A stretch of 64,000 nucleotides of DNA from Eledone cirrhosa (GCA_964016885.1 OZ024742.1:130076001-130140000), one strand, 5' to 3'. Positions 24,365 to 38,470 are shown, counted from the stretch's first letter. Numbers and translations are program-made. Notes: generated from the sequence alone by a model not told the origin.

Positions 24365-26625
24365 CTATATTTACAAAAACTGAAGAAGGGTAACCAAATT
24401 ATTTTTTCAAGTGTCTGGAAGAATTCTAGCAAACATTTGAAACTTTGGTAATAGTAAGAGACTGCTCTCCAGTAAATTGTTTTTATTGTTTCTACGATAC
24501 ATGTGTTAATACTTATGATATAAGTGCTCATCATCATCATCATCATCACCGTTTTACGTCCCTTCTTCCATGCTAGCATATCTATATTAAAACTTTCCAT
24601 CATAATTTTATGTAAAAAATGTTTATTAAATAATTGTTTCTACTTTAGGCACAGGCCAGCAATTACTCAGTGCATTACTGGTACTTTATTTTATCGACCC
24701 CGTAAGGATGAAAGGCAAAGTCAACCTCGGCGGGATTTGAAATCAGATCGTAAAGGGACGTAACTATGCTGGAAAGTGGACTGTCCTTTAAGATATTCGT
24801 TTGATAAAGTGAAAGTGTAGCATGTTAGAATGAAGGATTGATAGATTTGGCTACTATTTCTAGCTTGTCGAACGACTGTGGAGGCGTTCTTTCCATGGGT
24901 TCCACAAGCGCCAAGTTTTCAAATATAAAATTTAAAAATTTATTTTACTAAATTCTCCCCTACTTTTTTTTTTTTATTTAATTTCCAAAATTACTTAAAA
25001 CACATTGACAGTGTCTTTCATTAGAAATATGGTGGTAAAAGGTTTATAGGAAGGTGATAGTGACAGCATTGTCCAAGTGAATGGGTTGTCTCCCACTGAT
25101 CTATTTCCAGCATTCTGGTGGTTCCACCATTCTGAGATTGTCACCCAACACTAGATTAACAGCAATTAACAACAAGTTAAATAAGACCACTTGTCTATAA
25201 CTTTAAATTTCATACTAAACAGGGCATTCTTCAGATAGATATAATTTCAGTGAAAGTTTACACACACACACATATATGCATTCATATGTATGTATGATTG
25301 TATGTATGTATCTATCTGTCTGTTTGTTTATCAGAACAGTTATCTATTTATCAAGCTCTCTCAATAAGACCTCTGTATGTGTGTATCTAACTGTATGTTT
25401 GTCATTTGTCTACCTACTTATCTATTTCTTATGCTATCGTAATAAAACATATATATATATTTATATATTTTACACACACACATTTATGCATACACATCAT
25501 CATCATCACCATTTTACGTCCGTTCTTCCACGCTAGGATGGGTTAGATGGGTTGTCCTGTTGTGGGCAGTGTCCGGTCGGCTGACCTTGTCTTGCTCATA
25601 CGGGAACTGATTCTGGCTTGATTTCTACAGCTGGATGCCCTTCTTAACATCAACCTCATTTACAGTGAGTGCTGGGTGCTTTTTTTTCCGTGACACTTAC
25701 ACGTCCACTTTACAGTGTCGGCTGGGTGCTTTTTTGCCGTGGCACCTCCACGACCACTTTGCAGTGGAATGATAGGGACCCCAGTCCTATCATCTCATAT
25801 CTACAGCTGAGTAAACTGGAGCAATGTGAAATAAAGTGTCTTACTCAAGGAAACAACACATCACCCAGTCCGAGAATTGAACTCACAACTTTTCAATTGC
25901 AAGCCCAATGCTCTAACTACTAAGCCATGTGCCTTCATATATATATATGACCATCTCTTCATCGAATACTCGTATGTGGAACTTGACCACCACAGAATCC
26001 ACTAAACATCATAGGAATTTACCAACATTTCAACCCTCCTCTTACGGAATCACCTATATAACTCACCCACACACACACCCAAAAAAATTTTTTCTCCCAC
26101 ACACCACCTACACCCACAACACGCTTAAACCCCACACAAACACGTGCTTTCCACCACATATTTACACCCTCAGCCTCCTGATTCCTCTCCCCCCACCCCT
26201 CTATCCACACACGCACAGACACTCCGACCTACAAGCCCCCCCCCCCACACACACACACACCTCTTCCTGAACATGCAACCCCGTTCTTCCCCCAACCCTT
26301 ACTTTCACATACACACACACACACACACGTACACCTACACACACACACACCACCTTCATCCCTCCCCGCTCGGCAACCCCGTCTCCCTCTCCCCACTCCA
26401 CCCGCCACCACCCCTACACACCCCACACCCTTCCACCACCTGTTTTACCCCTTTTTAATTTCAGTTTATTTTGATCATGCTTTTATATTTAATTTTATTT
26501 CATTCCTTGTATTTTGATCATGCTTTATCTTTACTTTTATTTTTAATTTCATTCGCACCGTTTCCTTTCGCTATATATCTCTCCACCACTCCCCTACACA
26601 CCCTTTGAACTCTGTTCCCACACAC

Positions 26626-26665
26626 TTCTCACCTGAGGAAGGGCTTATGCCCGAAACGTCGTTCC
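26626..26665 (+). ncRNA. Hammerhead core motif (family C) with weak stem I
   Basis: CTGAGGA-A-GGGC-TTAT-GCCC-GAAA-CGTC: intact core and stem II, palindromic ACGT stem III, GUC triplet; only ~2 bp of stem I visible. Confidence 0.55.
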
Positions 26666-26833
26666 CCACCACCACCCCACTCTCCAGAGTGTGAAATTAA
26701 TAAACATTCGTTGTACTGCCTCTCTGTTTTGTTCCTGTTCAAATTTTTCCATTATATATATATATATATATATTTTTATATATTTACAGACACACATTTA
26801 TGCATACACACACATATATAAATATATATATTT

Positions 26834-26889
<56 letters not shown>

Positions 26890-27109
26890 ATATATATTTC
26901 GTTTCTGAATTTGTTTAGCAAGATTCTTTATCTGAAAACGTGTGTTGAAACCGATATTGTTATACTTTGGGAGGGTCATGTTGCCAATAAGAAACACACG
27001 CACCAGTTGCTTTCACATCAATTTATTATAAATTAAATTTATAAATTTAGGAATTTATAAATTTCCCGTTGGTTGGTTGGTTCCACAACCAGATGATTGT
27101 TCATATATT

Positions 27110-27152
27110 GTCAAAGTTCTTTCGTCACACATTATGTGACCTCTTCAGTAAC
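27110..27152 (-). ncRNA. Minimal type-I hammerhead motif (family B), intact core
   Basis: Minus: GTTA-CTGAAGA-G-GTCACA-TAATG-TGTGAC-GAAA-GAAC-TT^TGAC; element 26910-27200 is flanked by (TA)n on both sides. Confidence 0.7.
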
Positions 27153-27201
27153 TGGGGATTATTTTCTTTGTTTTTGTGCCTCTCCTTGTTTTAACCACCC
27201 T

Positions 27202-27280
<79 letters not shown>

Positions 27281-27309
27281 TATATAAATATATGTGTATA
27301 TATATATAC

Positions 27310-27354
<45 letters not shown>

Positions 27355-27356
27355 CA

Positions 27357-27398
<42 letters not shown>

Positions 27399-27409
27399 CA
27401 TATACATAC

Positions 27410-27459
<50 letters not shown>

Positions 27460-27460
27460 C

Positions 27461-27633
27461 TAGGGCGGGTAAAATTCCCGAGATTCCCGAGATTCCCGAG
27501 AATCCCGAGTTCTCTCCAGCGGTCTCTGTCCCTCATTATCGCTGCCATGTCCTGCGTCTCCAACAGACCAGTGTCTGTCCTTAGGGCATCAACATATGTT
27601 AACCTTGGTCTTCCTCTTCCAGTGTGTCCATGT
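27461..27633. mobile_element. hAT-like terminus (TAGGG + ATTCCCGAG repeats) abutting a minus-strand LINE 3' coding fragment
   Basis: TAGGGCGGGTAAAATTCCCGAGATTCCCGAG...; minus strand reads [31 protein letters not shown]. Confidence 0.55.
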
Positions 27634-27743
27634 ACATATACATATATATATACATATATATATACACATACATATATATATATACACATATACATATATA
27701 TATATACATACATACGTACATACATGTATACATATATACATAC

Positions 27744-27818
<75 letters not shown>

Positions 27819-27822
27819 TATA

Positions 27823-28420
27823 TGGGTGACAAAATCAGCAGTGGTGGAGGGTGCTCTGAAAGTACTCTAGCTAGAGTCAGAACGGGATGGAAAAAGTTCA
27901 GAGAGCTTATACCACTATTGGCCACTAAGGGTTTCTCTCTAAAAATGAAGGGCAGGCTGTATGATGCCTGCATACAAACAGCAATGTTACATGGCAGTGA
28001 GACATGGGCCTTGTGTGCAGAGGATCTACGCAGACTGGAGGGGAATGAAGCTTGCATGCTCCGTTGGATGCGTAATAGTAATATAAGCGAACGGCAAAGC
28101 ATAAATGAACTAAGTGAGAAATTAGGAATAAGAGGGATCAGATGCTGTTTACTCGAAAGAAGACTATGTTGGTATGGTCACGTGATGCGCATGAAAGACG
28201 ACAGCTGTATAGAAAAGTGCAGGGTGATCAAAATAGACGGTAGCTACGGAGAAGGCAGACCAAGAAAAACCTGGGTTGACTTTATAAATTCCGACCTCAC
28301 ACACTTACACCTCTCCAAGACAATGTCACTGGACCGAGATCTTTGGTGCTACGCAGTAATACAGAAGATCCGCCTTGCCTAAGTACAAAGCAAAACCTAC
28401 AGTCAGTAGGCACCTCTTAA
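27823..28420 (+). mobile_element. RTE-clade LINE 3' fragment
   Basis: ORF part [42 protein letters not shown]. Confidence 0.92.
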
Positions 28421-28475
28421 CCAAAACTTTTTCTGTATTTGCTAGACCTTGATTTTATATATATATATATATACG

Positions 28476-30540
28476 ATATTAAACAAATGGAAACTATATT
28501 TATAAAACCATATTTATTTCATTATACATATTTCAGGGATACCATATTAAAAATATGGCATGCCTTCTTCAGATAAATTACAATATATAAGCAGTTTTAT
28601 AAATAAATTTGACGTACCATAAAATATTGATCAACTTCCATTTAAAAAAGTTGGTTTGGTAGTGAAATGTTTGTAAATATTTAGTGTTGAGCACAGTTAG
28701 AAAGAAAGACGGAGAAAAGGAATAAATGTATGTAAAGAAAAACAGAGAGAGATAGAGAGAGATATGGGAGAGAGAAATAGTGAGGAGGTGAAAAATGAGA
28801 GGCAGCTGAGGTAACAGATGAATAATAATAATCATCATACAAATTGAGAGATTTAGGAGGGAGGGAGTACTGTAATTATTTATTTATTTATTTATTTAGT
28901 TATAGTGTTAAGGAGAGAAATAAAAAATAACTAAAGGGAAAACAGTGATACTTAAATTACATCATGTATAGAGGGAGGAGGAGAAAGCTATATCCAGAGA
29001 GAAGGATGACAGATTTACAACTTTACGTTATGTCCTATTAATTTGAATTATCAATTCATATGAATTGGGTATTATACTGTAAATATCAATATTCATGAAT
29101 GAGACATAGATATATAATGTGTGAAAAATAATGACCATATGTTTAGTTTAAAAATTCTTAGGTCGATATACCAAGACCTGAGATAAAACTTCAAAAATAC
29201 ATAAGTATATATGTACTTACCGGAAAAAGAAAGAAAGAGAAAAAGAGAAGGTCATCTCAAGTTCTAGTTGACACTATAGATATACACGTGAACATACGTG
29301 ATCAACTCTGTAATTTCTTATTTCACATGAAAAAATTTTCCTTTGTGTTATAAAAGATTTTACTTTATATATATATATACATACATACACATACATAAAA
29401 ATATATATTAATATTAATATTCCTGCCCTCACATACATGATTATCGTTCATGTATAGAATAGACAACAGATATCAATATATCAAAACGCTAAGAATACTT
29501 TCATCACTCCCTAGAGTGTCTAGGGCCTTAAAAAAACACAGTATGCCCCCCATATCAACCACAGAAATCAACCCTTCCAATTTATCTGACAATATATTGC
29601 CAAGTTCATTAGAAGCAATCAGAATCAAGAGCAAACAAAAAACCAAAATTATTCAACAAGACTTATTTAGCAGAAATCATTTAAAGGATTTAGGAGACCC
29701 TGTTGTTCTACAGATGCTCTTATATTTAGTATAGAAGTTTATCTAGCGTAAAATGTATTCAATAGATTGGGAGCATCAACATTTTAGGGTAGTTTAATTA
29801 CATCATTAGTATATATTTATGAAGAAGGTTTAAAAAAGAAAAAGTTGAAGGAATCGAAAGATTTATCATCAGGTTTCATAATTAATTAAATAAATATCTT
29901 AACTAAATATACTACATTTTAAATTTATATTTAAACGTTGAATTCAATCTATGTCTGCAGCAACTGAATAAATTGGTCCTTAGATTAAGGGAATTTTTAG
30001 ATTTTAATATAAAGAATATCTCCTCCACGCAGAGGTCACGTCTCAGATGAGGAATTAAAAGGAATCCCTCTTGAGACTATATTCCAAAATAACGAATATC
30101 CAACGTTATCATGTTTAAGTTGCCAGAGTAAGCCTGATAGTGAAGTTGAAGATTTTTTGCCTGGATCTGTGAAAGAATTCTTATGATTACTATAGCGAAG
30201 TTTAAATTCTGTCGAGGTGGAACCAACATAGTTAAAAGAATTTAAGTCAGTTTTAACATTACAATTGTATATTATATTTTTAACTAAGCAATTGTTATTT
30301 AACGGACATTTAGATTTATTTCTACAGTTACAGTTGTTTAATTGAATATTGTTTAGGCTATTATCGGTATTTTGGCTAGGTTTTAGATTCCTATTATTTA
30401 TTCTGTTAATATTTTGTGCTAAGTTTTTGGTGGACAAGTAAGTTAATTTTATAGTATGTCTATTAAAAATTGAGTGATATTTATGTGTTCTAGGGAAGCG
30501 TTTGTCAAGGGCATTAAAAAATAGTTTAGCAATGTGGGTT
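28476..30540 (-). mobile_element. Penelope-like element 3' portion: GIY-YIG endonuclease, long 3' region and terminal hammerhead
   Basis: ORF 30036-30437 reads CNCRNKSKCPL..C...NIIY..YVGSTSTEFKLRYSNHKNSF and continues after a frameshift to ~29910 (C.EE..FI..CRHR). Family A hammerhead at 28515-28580 is in the same orientation. Continuity of the 1.3-kb middle is inferred. Confidence 0.8.
28515..28580 (-). ncRNA. Type-I hammerhead motif (family A, diverged)
   Basis: Minus: TAATTTAT-CTGAAGA-AGGCATGCCATA..TATGGTATCCCT-GAAA-TATGTA-TA^ATGAAATA; flanks homologous to 9350-9490. Confidence 0.7.
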
Positions 30541-30597
30541 TTAATATTTAATATTTAATATATAGACACATACATACATATATATATATATATATAT

Positions 30598-31011
30598 GGT
30601 GGCTGCCAACTCGTTTTCGAGTACCGCCACTACTTTATATCCACGTAGGAGAACCCCTACCGATGCGCTGATCGAGTGTGACTTTTTAGTCCAGCCAGCG
30701 ACTACACTACTACTGGTACAAACACTACACTTGTGACAATTATTGGCACATAGCGCTGGGCCCATGGTACCATGTGATGACAAGTGCAGAGAGATCTCCA
30801 GATATAAAGCAATGCCTGTGCCGTGAAGCTTTTATAGTGAACAAAGGCACTGCACAAAGCCAGTCCCACTCTCTTAACCAAGATGATATTTACCAAAAAG
30901 AAGAACAAGTCAACATCATTGGATACCATCAGGGTTGCAGGTGTTATATCAGTTTTCCTTCTCCTAGATTTCTGCCTTGACAAGGCTAAGGCTAAGGGGT
31001 CATCTCTCCCG
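30598..31011 (-). mobile_element. Second, 5'-truncated copy of the short RTE derivative at 6258-6866
   Basis: Reverse complement of ~6455-6866; flanked by (TA)n/(TACA)n. Confidence 0.85.
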
Positions 31012-31974
31012 GTATGTATACATATATATATATACATACATACATACATACATACATACATACATACATGTATACATACATACATATATATATATATATA
31101 CATACATATATATATATATATACATACATACATACATATACACACATATATGTATATACTAGTAAGGAATGCAGATGATAAACAATGATGATGATGTGTA
31201 TATGTGTATGTGTGTGCTTGTGTGCATATGTGTATATATGTTAACTAACCATGAAATAAAGGGATGGCTTATTTAATATAATTTTCTAAATCTAAATGCA
31301 AGTGATTATGGAAAGTTTCACTACTAATAACTAAGTATTTTTGAACACTATACAAAATTTAGATGTAAATCTCAAAATAACTAAATGAGAATTTCAAAAA
31401 TAACATATTTGTCTGAATACAAACCTTTCTCAGTTTTTAACAAGTTGTGTTTTTATCATTGAAAGTTTTATTTAAAATGGAGATAACCGAGAAAATAGAG
31501 TGTTAGACTAAATGCAATGCATTGTTGAGTTCTGTCTTTTTTACTCTTATTTGTGAGTTCAAATCCTGGCAAAATCAGCTTTGCATTTTTTTTTTTCTCC
31601 ATGCTTATCCCTTTTATTACTATATTTCTAATAAAAGACACTGCTTATGTTGTTTTTTTTATATTATTTTGAATATAACTAACTTTCTCATTATTAACTC
31701 TTTAGCATTTACTATGCATACTGTTATATTTATTATTGTATTTTCATGGTAAAGGCTTTACCTCACATAATTATCTCATAATATTGAATCTATGAGACTT
31801 TGATATTATTTATTTTGAGAAAAATACCTTAAAATAATTATCAGTAGCCAGTTATGGCCTACTTGAACAGAAACAGGTAAGAGAATTCTGCCTGGAGACA
31901 TTCGGTTTAAATGCTAAAGGGTTAAGCTGGTGTTTGAAACATTTGTAGAAGAAATTATGATGGAAGGTTTTTAT

Positions 31975-32198
31975 CATAATATACTTGAATATAAGCTGAT
32001 CCAAATATAAGCTGACCCCACAATTTTTTAATGAGAAAGGGGAATAAATCCAAACCCCATTTATAAGCCTAGGCAGCTAATCAACACGTTATTTTATATT
32101 TAATGGCAAATGTAAGTCAAACCCCTCCCCTCTGCCATTTTATCATTGATTTTTTTTTGTCACATATTCCTTAGTTTATATTTAAGTATATACAGTAA
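31975..32198. mobile_element. Decayed Tc2/pogo-type MITE
   Basis: ATATACTTGAATATAAGCTGA.. at the left and ..TTTATATTTAAGTATATACAGTA at the right form imperfect TIRs ending in TA. Confidence 0.45.
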
Positions 32199-35191
32199 CT
32201 AAATATAAACACTTTAAAATAAAGAACTTTATATTGTAGACTCAAAGGTAGTTTCAGGCAGTTGCTTATCAAAAGGATTAATAGAAATAAGAATATTATT
32301 GTCCTTACTTAGCTCCAGGTTAACCCTGGTCAAGCAATTTCTTTCCAGACTCATCCTTCCTTTTTTTATAAAAGTTTCTAAAATAGTAGGTTATGATATG
32401 AGGATTTGACTGCTATTTCTAGCAGGTTAGATAATCATGTAGAACAGAAGAAGTGAACCCTTTTTCCTTGGCTGAAAATTCGTATGCATTCAAATTTGAA
32501 ACCATCTTCTGATGGAGTCACTATAATTTCACATTCTACAATACTTAGCTGTTTATTTTAAAGTGTTTATATTTATCTAAAAAACTTCTCTCATAATTTT
32601 TTGTATGAACCTTTCTTAAGCTATGTTTTAAAAACTAGCTTAATAATGAGAAAATGAGTTATATTATTAAATCTCTCCAAATTCTTGATTATTTTCAAAA
32701 TTATTTCAAAAATTTTAGACAATGCCTTTCATTAGAAATATGTTAATGAAGAATTAAAATCCTAACAGTTTTATTAATGGTTCATTAGCATCATTATTTT
32801 TATGTCTGCCTTTCAATGCTGGCAAGAATTAGACAAGACTTTTTTTAGGTGGTTTTCTACAGCTGGATGCCATTCCAGAGGCCAACCTATACTTTATTAT
32901 TTTTAAGTATGATATATATTGCTAACATATGTCAAACCAAGCTGTGGGTCATAGACAAATGTCATGGATTACTTTTGATATGGAGATGCACACAGCATCT
33001 CAAACACTCACACACATATACTATATCATCATTAATTGGTAGTATCAGTAGAGCATCTGACACCATGCTTTGTAGCATAGAGTTATGGTCCTTTACAATC
33101 TGAGTTCAAATCCTGTCACGGTTAGCTTTGCGTTTCATCCTCAGGATTCGATAAAATAAAAGCACCAGTAATATACTGGGGTCAATTTAATCGTCTTTCC
33201 TCTCCCCTTCAAATTACTGGCCTTGTACCTAATTTAGAAACAATTGTTATTAATATGGTGGAGGAACAGTGGCAGTATTGATAGGGTGTTGGATAACATG
33301 CTTTTCAGCTTATAGTTACAGCCCTTTACATGTTAAGTTCAAAGCACGCCGAGTTTAGCTTTGCCTTTCATCCTTACAATGTCAATAAAATAAAGTACCT
33401 ATCAAGTACTGGGGTTTGGTATAACTAACTTTCTCTTCCCTTTAAAACTTCTGGCCTTGCTCCAAAATTAAACGATTGGCAGCATAGAGTTACGGCCCTT
33501 TGCGTTCTGAGTTCAAATCCCATTCAGGTTAACTTTGCCTTTCATCCATACGGGGTCAATAAAATAAAGCATTAGTAATGCACTGGGATAATTGCTGGCC
33601 TTGTGCCAAAGTAGAAACAATTATTATTATTATTATTATTATTATCAATTATTTTCAGAACAGTATTTTCAAGAGCTTCCAAGCAGCTATAGAAAATAAA
33701 GTCTCCTTTATCTTTATATCAGGCAAGAAGATTAAGATTTTATGTAAAAGTCATACTGACATATTATAAAAGTGGCTTGATAATATTTCAGCATGTGTAG
33801 GTTATCAAAACAGCCTGACAACTATCTTCAGCTGTACAAGGTTAAAATTCTTTAACAAAGCCAGAATGTGCTGAACATATAATATAATGATGAACTCTTT
33901 ATAAAGAACTTTTTGTAATAAACAGTTTTCTCACAAACAGAATGTAAAAGAGTTGGGAATGACATCAGTGATAGGATTTCAGGCAAACTTGCAAACCATT
34001 GACAATTCTTATTTCAACTACAAATACTACTACCACCATAACTGGTGTAAATGATGTGGCATGGTGGTAAGCTCCCAACAAACTGAAATCACAATGCAGG
34101 TTGAATTTCTTATTGGAGTACTTCACTTCATTTATTCCTTATACCTTGGAAGGAATGGGCTTTGCAAAGCTCCCTTGTCCACATCATACTATCATCATCA
34201 TCATCTTTATACACATACATAAACATGTGTGTCCCCACATAAGTATCCCTATGCCTCTATATAAACATATGCTGGTGCCAGGATAAAGTGGCAGTGCTGA
34301 TGCTATAATAAAATACACCAAGTAGATGCTGTAAAGTGGCTATGCTGGTGTCACAAAAAGACACACCCAGTACACCATGTAAAGGGGCTTGTGTTAGGAA
34401 GGACATCTGGCTGTAGAAACCATGGCAAATATGGAACATATGAATGAGATCACACCAACCAGTCTGGTCTCAGACCATGACAATCCATCCAACCCTTGCC
34501 AGCCTGAAAAGCAGACATAAAAACGAGGATGAAGACATACAAACATACACACACACACATATATATACATATATATATGTGTGTGTGTGTACACACATAC
34601 TAGCACTCTGTCAGTTATAATGCTGAGTGTTCCAGTTGACTCAATAAATGGAACCACCTACTTGTGAAATTCACATGCAAGTGGCTGAGCATACCACAAA
34701 CACATGTATGCTGAATATAGTTCTCAAGGAAATTCAGCACAATACAGAAGGCTAACCTTTCAAATTACAGGTATAACTCATTTTCACCAGCTGAGTGGAC
34801 TGGAATAAAGTGACTTACTCAAGGACACAATGCACCGCTCGGAATTGAACACACAACCTTACAATCATAAGCTACATATCCTAACCACTAGGCCATATGC
34901 CTTCATATATTCACACACACACACACACATACATACAAGCATACACATATATACGTATGTGTGTGTTGGACCTCTGTTCTGACAACAGGTGTTCCTTATA
35001 AAGAAGTGTTTGTAATAAACAGTGTTTTCTCACAAGCACAACATAGAATTAGGAATAACAAAATTGATAGGATTTCAGGTAATCTAGACTTAACCCTTTT
35101 CATATCAACCTGCCAGAAACTATCCTTGGTTATCATCATCATCATTTAATCTCAGCTTTCCTTGTTAGCAATGGTTGGACTAACTTATAGC

Positions 35192-35263
35192 CTCTCTGGC
35201 AGAGAATTAAACCCCAGTCTCCCACATCACAGGCAGGGATACTTACCACTATACTACAAAGAA
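35192..35263 (-). pseudogene. tRNA-Asp(GTC)-derived pseudogene / head of a minimal SINE
   Basis: Minus TTCTTTGTAGTATAGTGGTAAGTATCCCTGCCTGTGATGTGGGAGACTGGGGTTTAATTCTCTGCCAGAGAG aligns end to end with canonical eukaryotic tRNA-Asp, with many CpG>TpG changes and a mutated anticodon. Confidence 0.8.
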
Positions 35264-36629
35264 TTGGTTCTATGATACAAAATGGTTTGTTTTCAAGTTT
35301 TCATATTCATATCAAAATCTTCCATCATATTTTAAGTTATGTTGCGAGCACCAGTTTGCTAACAAGAAAGTTAGTAACTGTATTACAAAAAAATGTTCAA
35401 ATTCTTGGTTATTTTGAAAATTATTTGAAAATTATAGGCAGTGCATTTTATTAGACATATAGCCATGAAAAAGTTGAACAATTCTAACATTCCCATGTCA
35501 ACTTGGATTCACTAGGAATAAGTAAATGAATGAATGAATCCTCAATAAAATATTCTGACTTTCAATATCCAGGAACTAAAAACTGACAAGATAAAGTACT
35601 GGATTACTTTTATGGGTTTCTTTTCCTTTTAGCTCCAAGTTGCTTTAACCCTTTAAACCAGCCATATCTGGCCAGAATTCTCTCACCTCTTCCTGTTCAA
35701 ACTGGTTATAACCAGTCACTCATACTGATGTTTAGGTATTGATCTCAAAATAAATAATATCAAAATGTCATAGATTCGATATTATGTGAGGTAAAGCCTT
35801 TACCATGAAAATACAATAGTAAATGTAAAGTAATGTAAATGCTAAAGGGTTAAAGGCTTAGTTCCTAGCTTCATTTAAATAACATTCGGTAAATTAGAGA
35901 GAAATATCATCATCGTCATAATCACCATCACCATTTTCTATGGCTGGATTCCCTTCCTAACACCAACACATACATTATTTTTATATGCATGGTATAATAC
36001 CACTCATGGTCAATGACGGCTACGCTGTATGCCATATTATTTATGAAGGACATAAACAAATGTCACCAGCTGCTTAACAATATGAAGATGCATGCGGCAA
36101 ATTGACACACACATGCGTATACACATACATGTGTGTGTGTGTAAGGTGTAATAGTTTGCTTGAAGCATTATGGAAAATGAAAAGTGGGTATGTTTAGAAA
36201 GCCATTCAATGCAACCAGGTTGGAATTACCAATGTAATTGTAAGGGAATTGAGAGAGTTGAGGTAGAAAGCAAAAGGTGAGGGAAGAAGGAAAAGAAAAG
36301 AATGACTGACTGAAAGTTACCTTAGCAATTTGTTAGTCCCAAAATCTTTCGGATTTACCATCAAGCAAAATTACACACAGAAAAAAGTAATAAAAATTAA
36401 TAAATAAAACTCTCGAGACAAATGAACAAATTCATCTATCTTCCTTTATCAGCCACACTCTGGCAATGCAATTTCATGCATAAGGGTGGAATTGCATCAT
36501 ATTGAGCTCAGATTGCACAACAGATTGAATAAATCACCAGAAAGACACATATAAGACAACACAATAACATGAAAACAATGGAGTTTTTTACTAGGAGGAC
36601 AGCAATTAATAATTGTTTCTACATTTGGC

Positions 36630-37875
36630 ACAAGGCCTTAAAATTAACCTGGCTAAGACTAAAGTTCTAGTTTGTAGGAAAGAAAATAAGGCGCCGGTCC
36701 CTTCCGGGAAATGGCCATGCTCAGTGTGTAGGAAAGGCGTAGGTAGAAACTCCATTTTATGTCCCAAATGCAAAGTATGGGTGCATAAAAGATGTAGTGG
36801 GATCACAGGTAAGCTAACTAAGAACATAGATTTTACATGTGGCCGGTGCTCTGGTGCAATAAATAGCAACAAGTGCCCACAAAATACTAGCTCTTTCAAT
36901 TGCGCAGAGGGTTCTATAGAAATAGTGGACAGCTTCCGTTACCTGGGTGACAAAATCAGCAGTGGGGAAGGGTGCTCTGAAAGTACAGTAGCTAGAGTCA
37001 GAACTGGATGGAAAAAGTTCAGAGAGCTTATACCACTATTAGTCCCTAAAAATGAAAGGCAGTTTGTATGATGCCTGCATACGAACAGCAATGTTGCATG
37101 GCAGTGAGACCTGGGCATTGTGTGCAGAGGATATAAGCAGACTAGCGAGGAACGAAGCTTGCATGCTCTGCTGGATGTGTAATAGTAATATATGTGAACG
37201 GCAAAGCATAAACGAACTAAGGAAAAAATTAGAAATAAGAGGGATCAGATGTTATTTACTCGAGAGAAGGCTACGTTGGTATGGTCACGTGATGCGCATG
37301 AAAGACGACAGCTGTATAACAAAGTGCAGGGCAATAAAGATAGACGGTAGCCACGGAGTAGGCAGACCCAGAAAAACCTGGGACGAGCTGATAAATTCCG
37401 ACCTCACACACTTACACCTCTCCAAGACAATGTCACTGGACCGAGACCTTTGGCGGTACTCAGTAATAGAGAAAACCCGCCTTACCTAAATACAAAGTAA
37501 AACCTACTGCAGTCAGTAGGCATCTCTAACAAAATACACGCCTGTCCCACCACCCCCACCCCATCCCCACCGCCCCTTTCAATGTAAAGTTATGTTGGTG
37601 CCACAACATCCAGGCCGAAACAAATGAGATCGTGTAGGTGTCACGACAAAAAAACACATAGTCCACACTGTAATGTGGCCGTGTAGGCAACACGGTAAAA
37701 ACCTCCCAGACCCACACTGTAAATGTGGTTGGTGTTAGGAAGGGCAACCAGCTGTAGAAAACTCGCCAGACAGTCCTATGCGAGCAAGACAATCACTCTT
37801 GCCTCAAGTGGGAAAACTCCCGTCCAAACCCATGCAAGCGTGGAACACGGACGTTAAACGACGATGATGATGATG
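36630..37875 (+). mobile_element. RTE-clade LINE 3' fragment with Cys-rich motif, 3' UTR and (ATG)n tail
   Basis: ORFs 36613-37071 (WPCSVCRKGVGRNSILCPKCKVWVHKRCSGI) and 37052-37489. The 3' UTR also occurs alone at 44190-44570 (-). Confidence 0.93.
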
Positions 37876-38048
37876 ATATATATCATCATTTTCATCATCA
37901 TCATCATTTTACGTCCGCGGTTGGATGCCCTTCTTAACACCAACCTCATTTACAGTGAGTGCTGAATGCTTTTTTTCCATGGCACCTACACGGCCACTTT
38001 GCAGTGGCATGATAGGGACCAATGCTCTAACCACTAAGCCATGTGCCT

Positions 38049-38126
<78 letters not shown>

Positions 38127-38470
38127 CACATGGCTTAGTGGTTAGAGCATTGGCCTTGCAATCGAAAGGGTGTGAGCTCAATTCTCAGACCAGGTGATGT
38201 GTTGTTTCCTTGAGCAAGACACTTTATTTCACATTGCTCCAGTTTACTCAGCTGTAGAAATGAGATGATAGGGACTGGGGTCCATATCATTCGACTGCAA
38301 AGTGGTCGTGGAGGTGCTACGGCAAAAAAGCACCCACCACTCACTGTAAATGAGGTTGGTGTTAGGAAGGGCATCCAGCTGTAGAAATCAAGCCAAAATC
38401 AGTTCCCGTCCCACCCTTGCAAGCAGGGAAAAAGCTGACGTAAAATGAAATGATGGTGATGATGATGATG

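Noticed and set aside
35192-35263. Functional tRNA gene
   Set aside because: T-loop (GGTTTAATT), anticodon and acceptor stem are mutated; treated as a pseudogene or SINE head.
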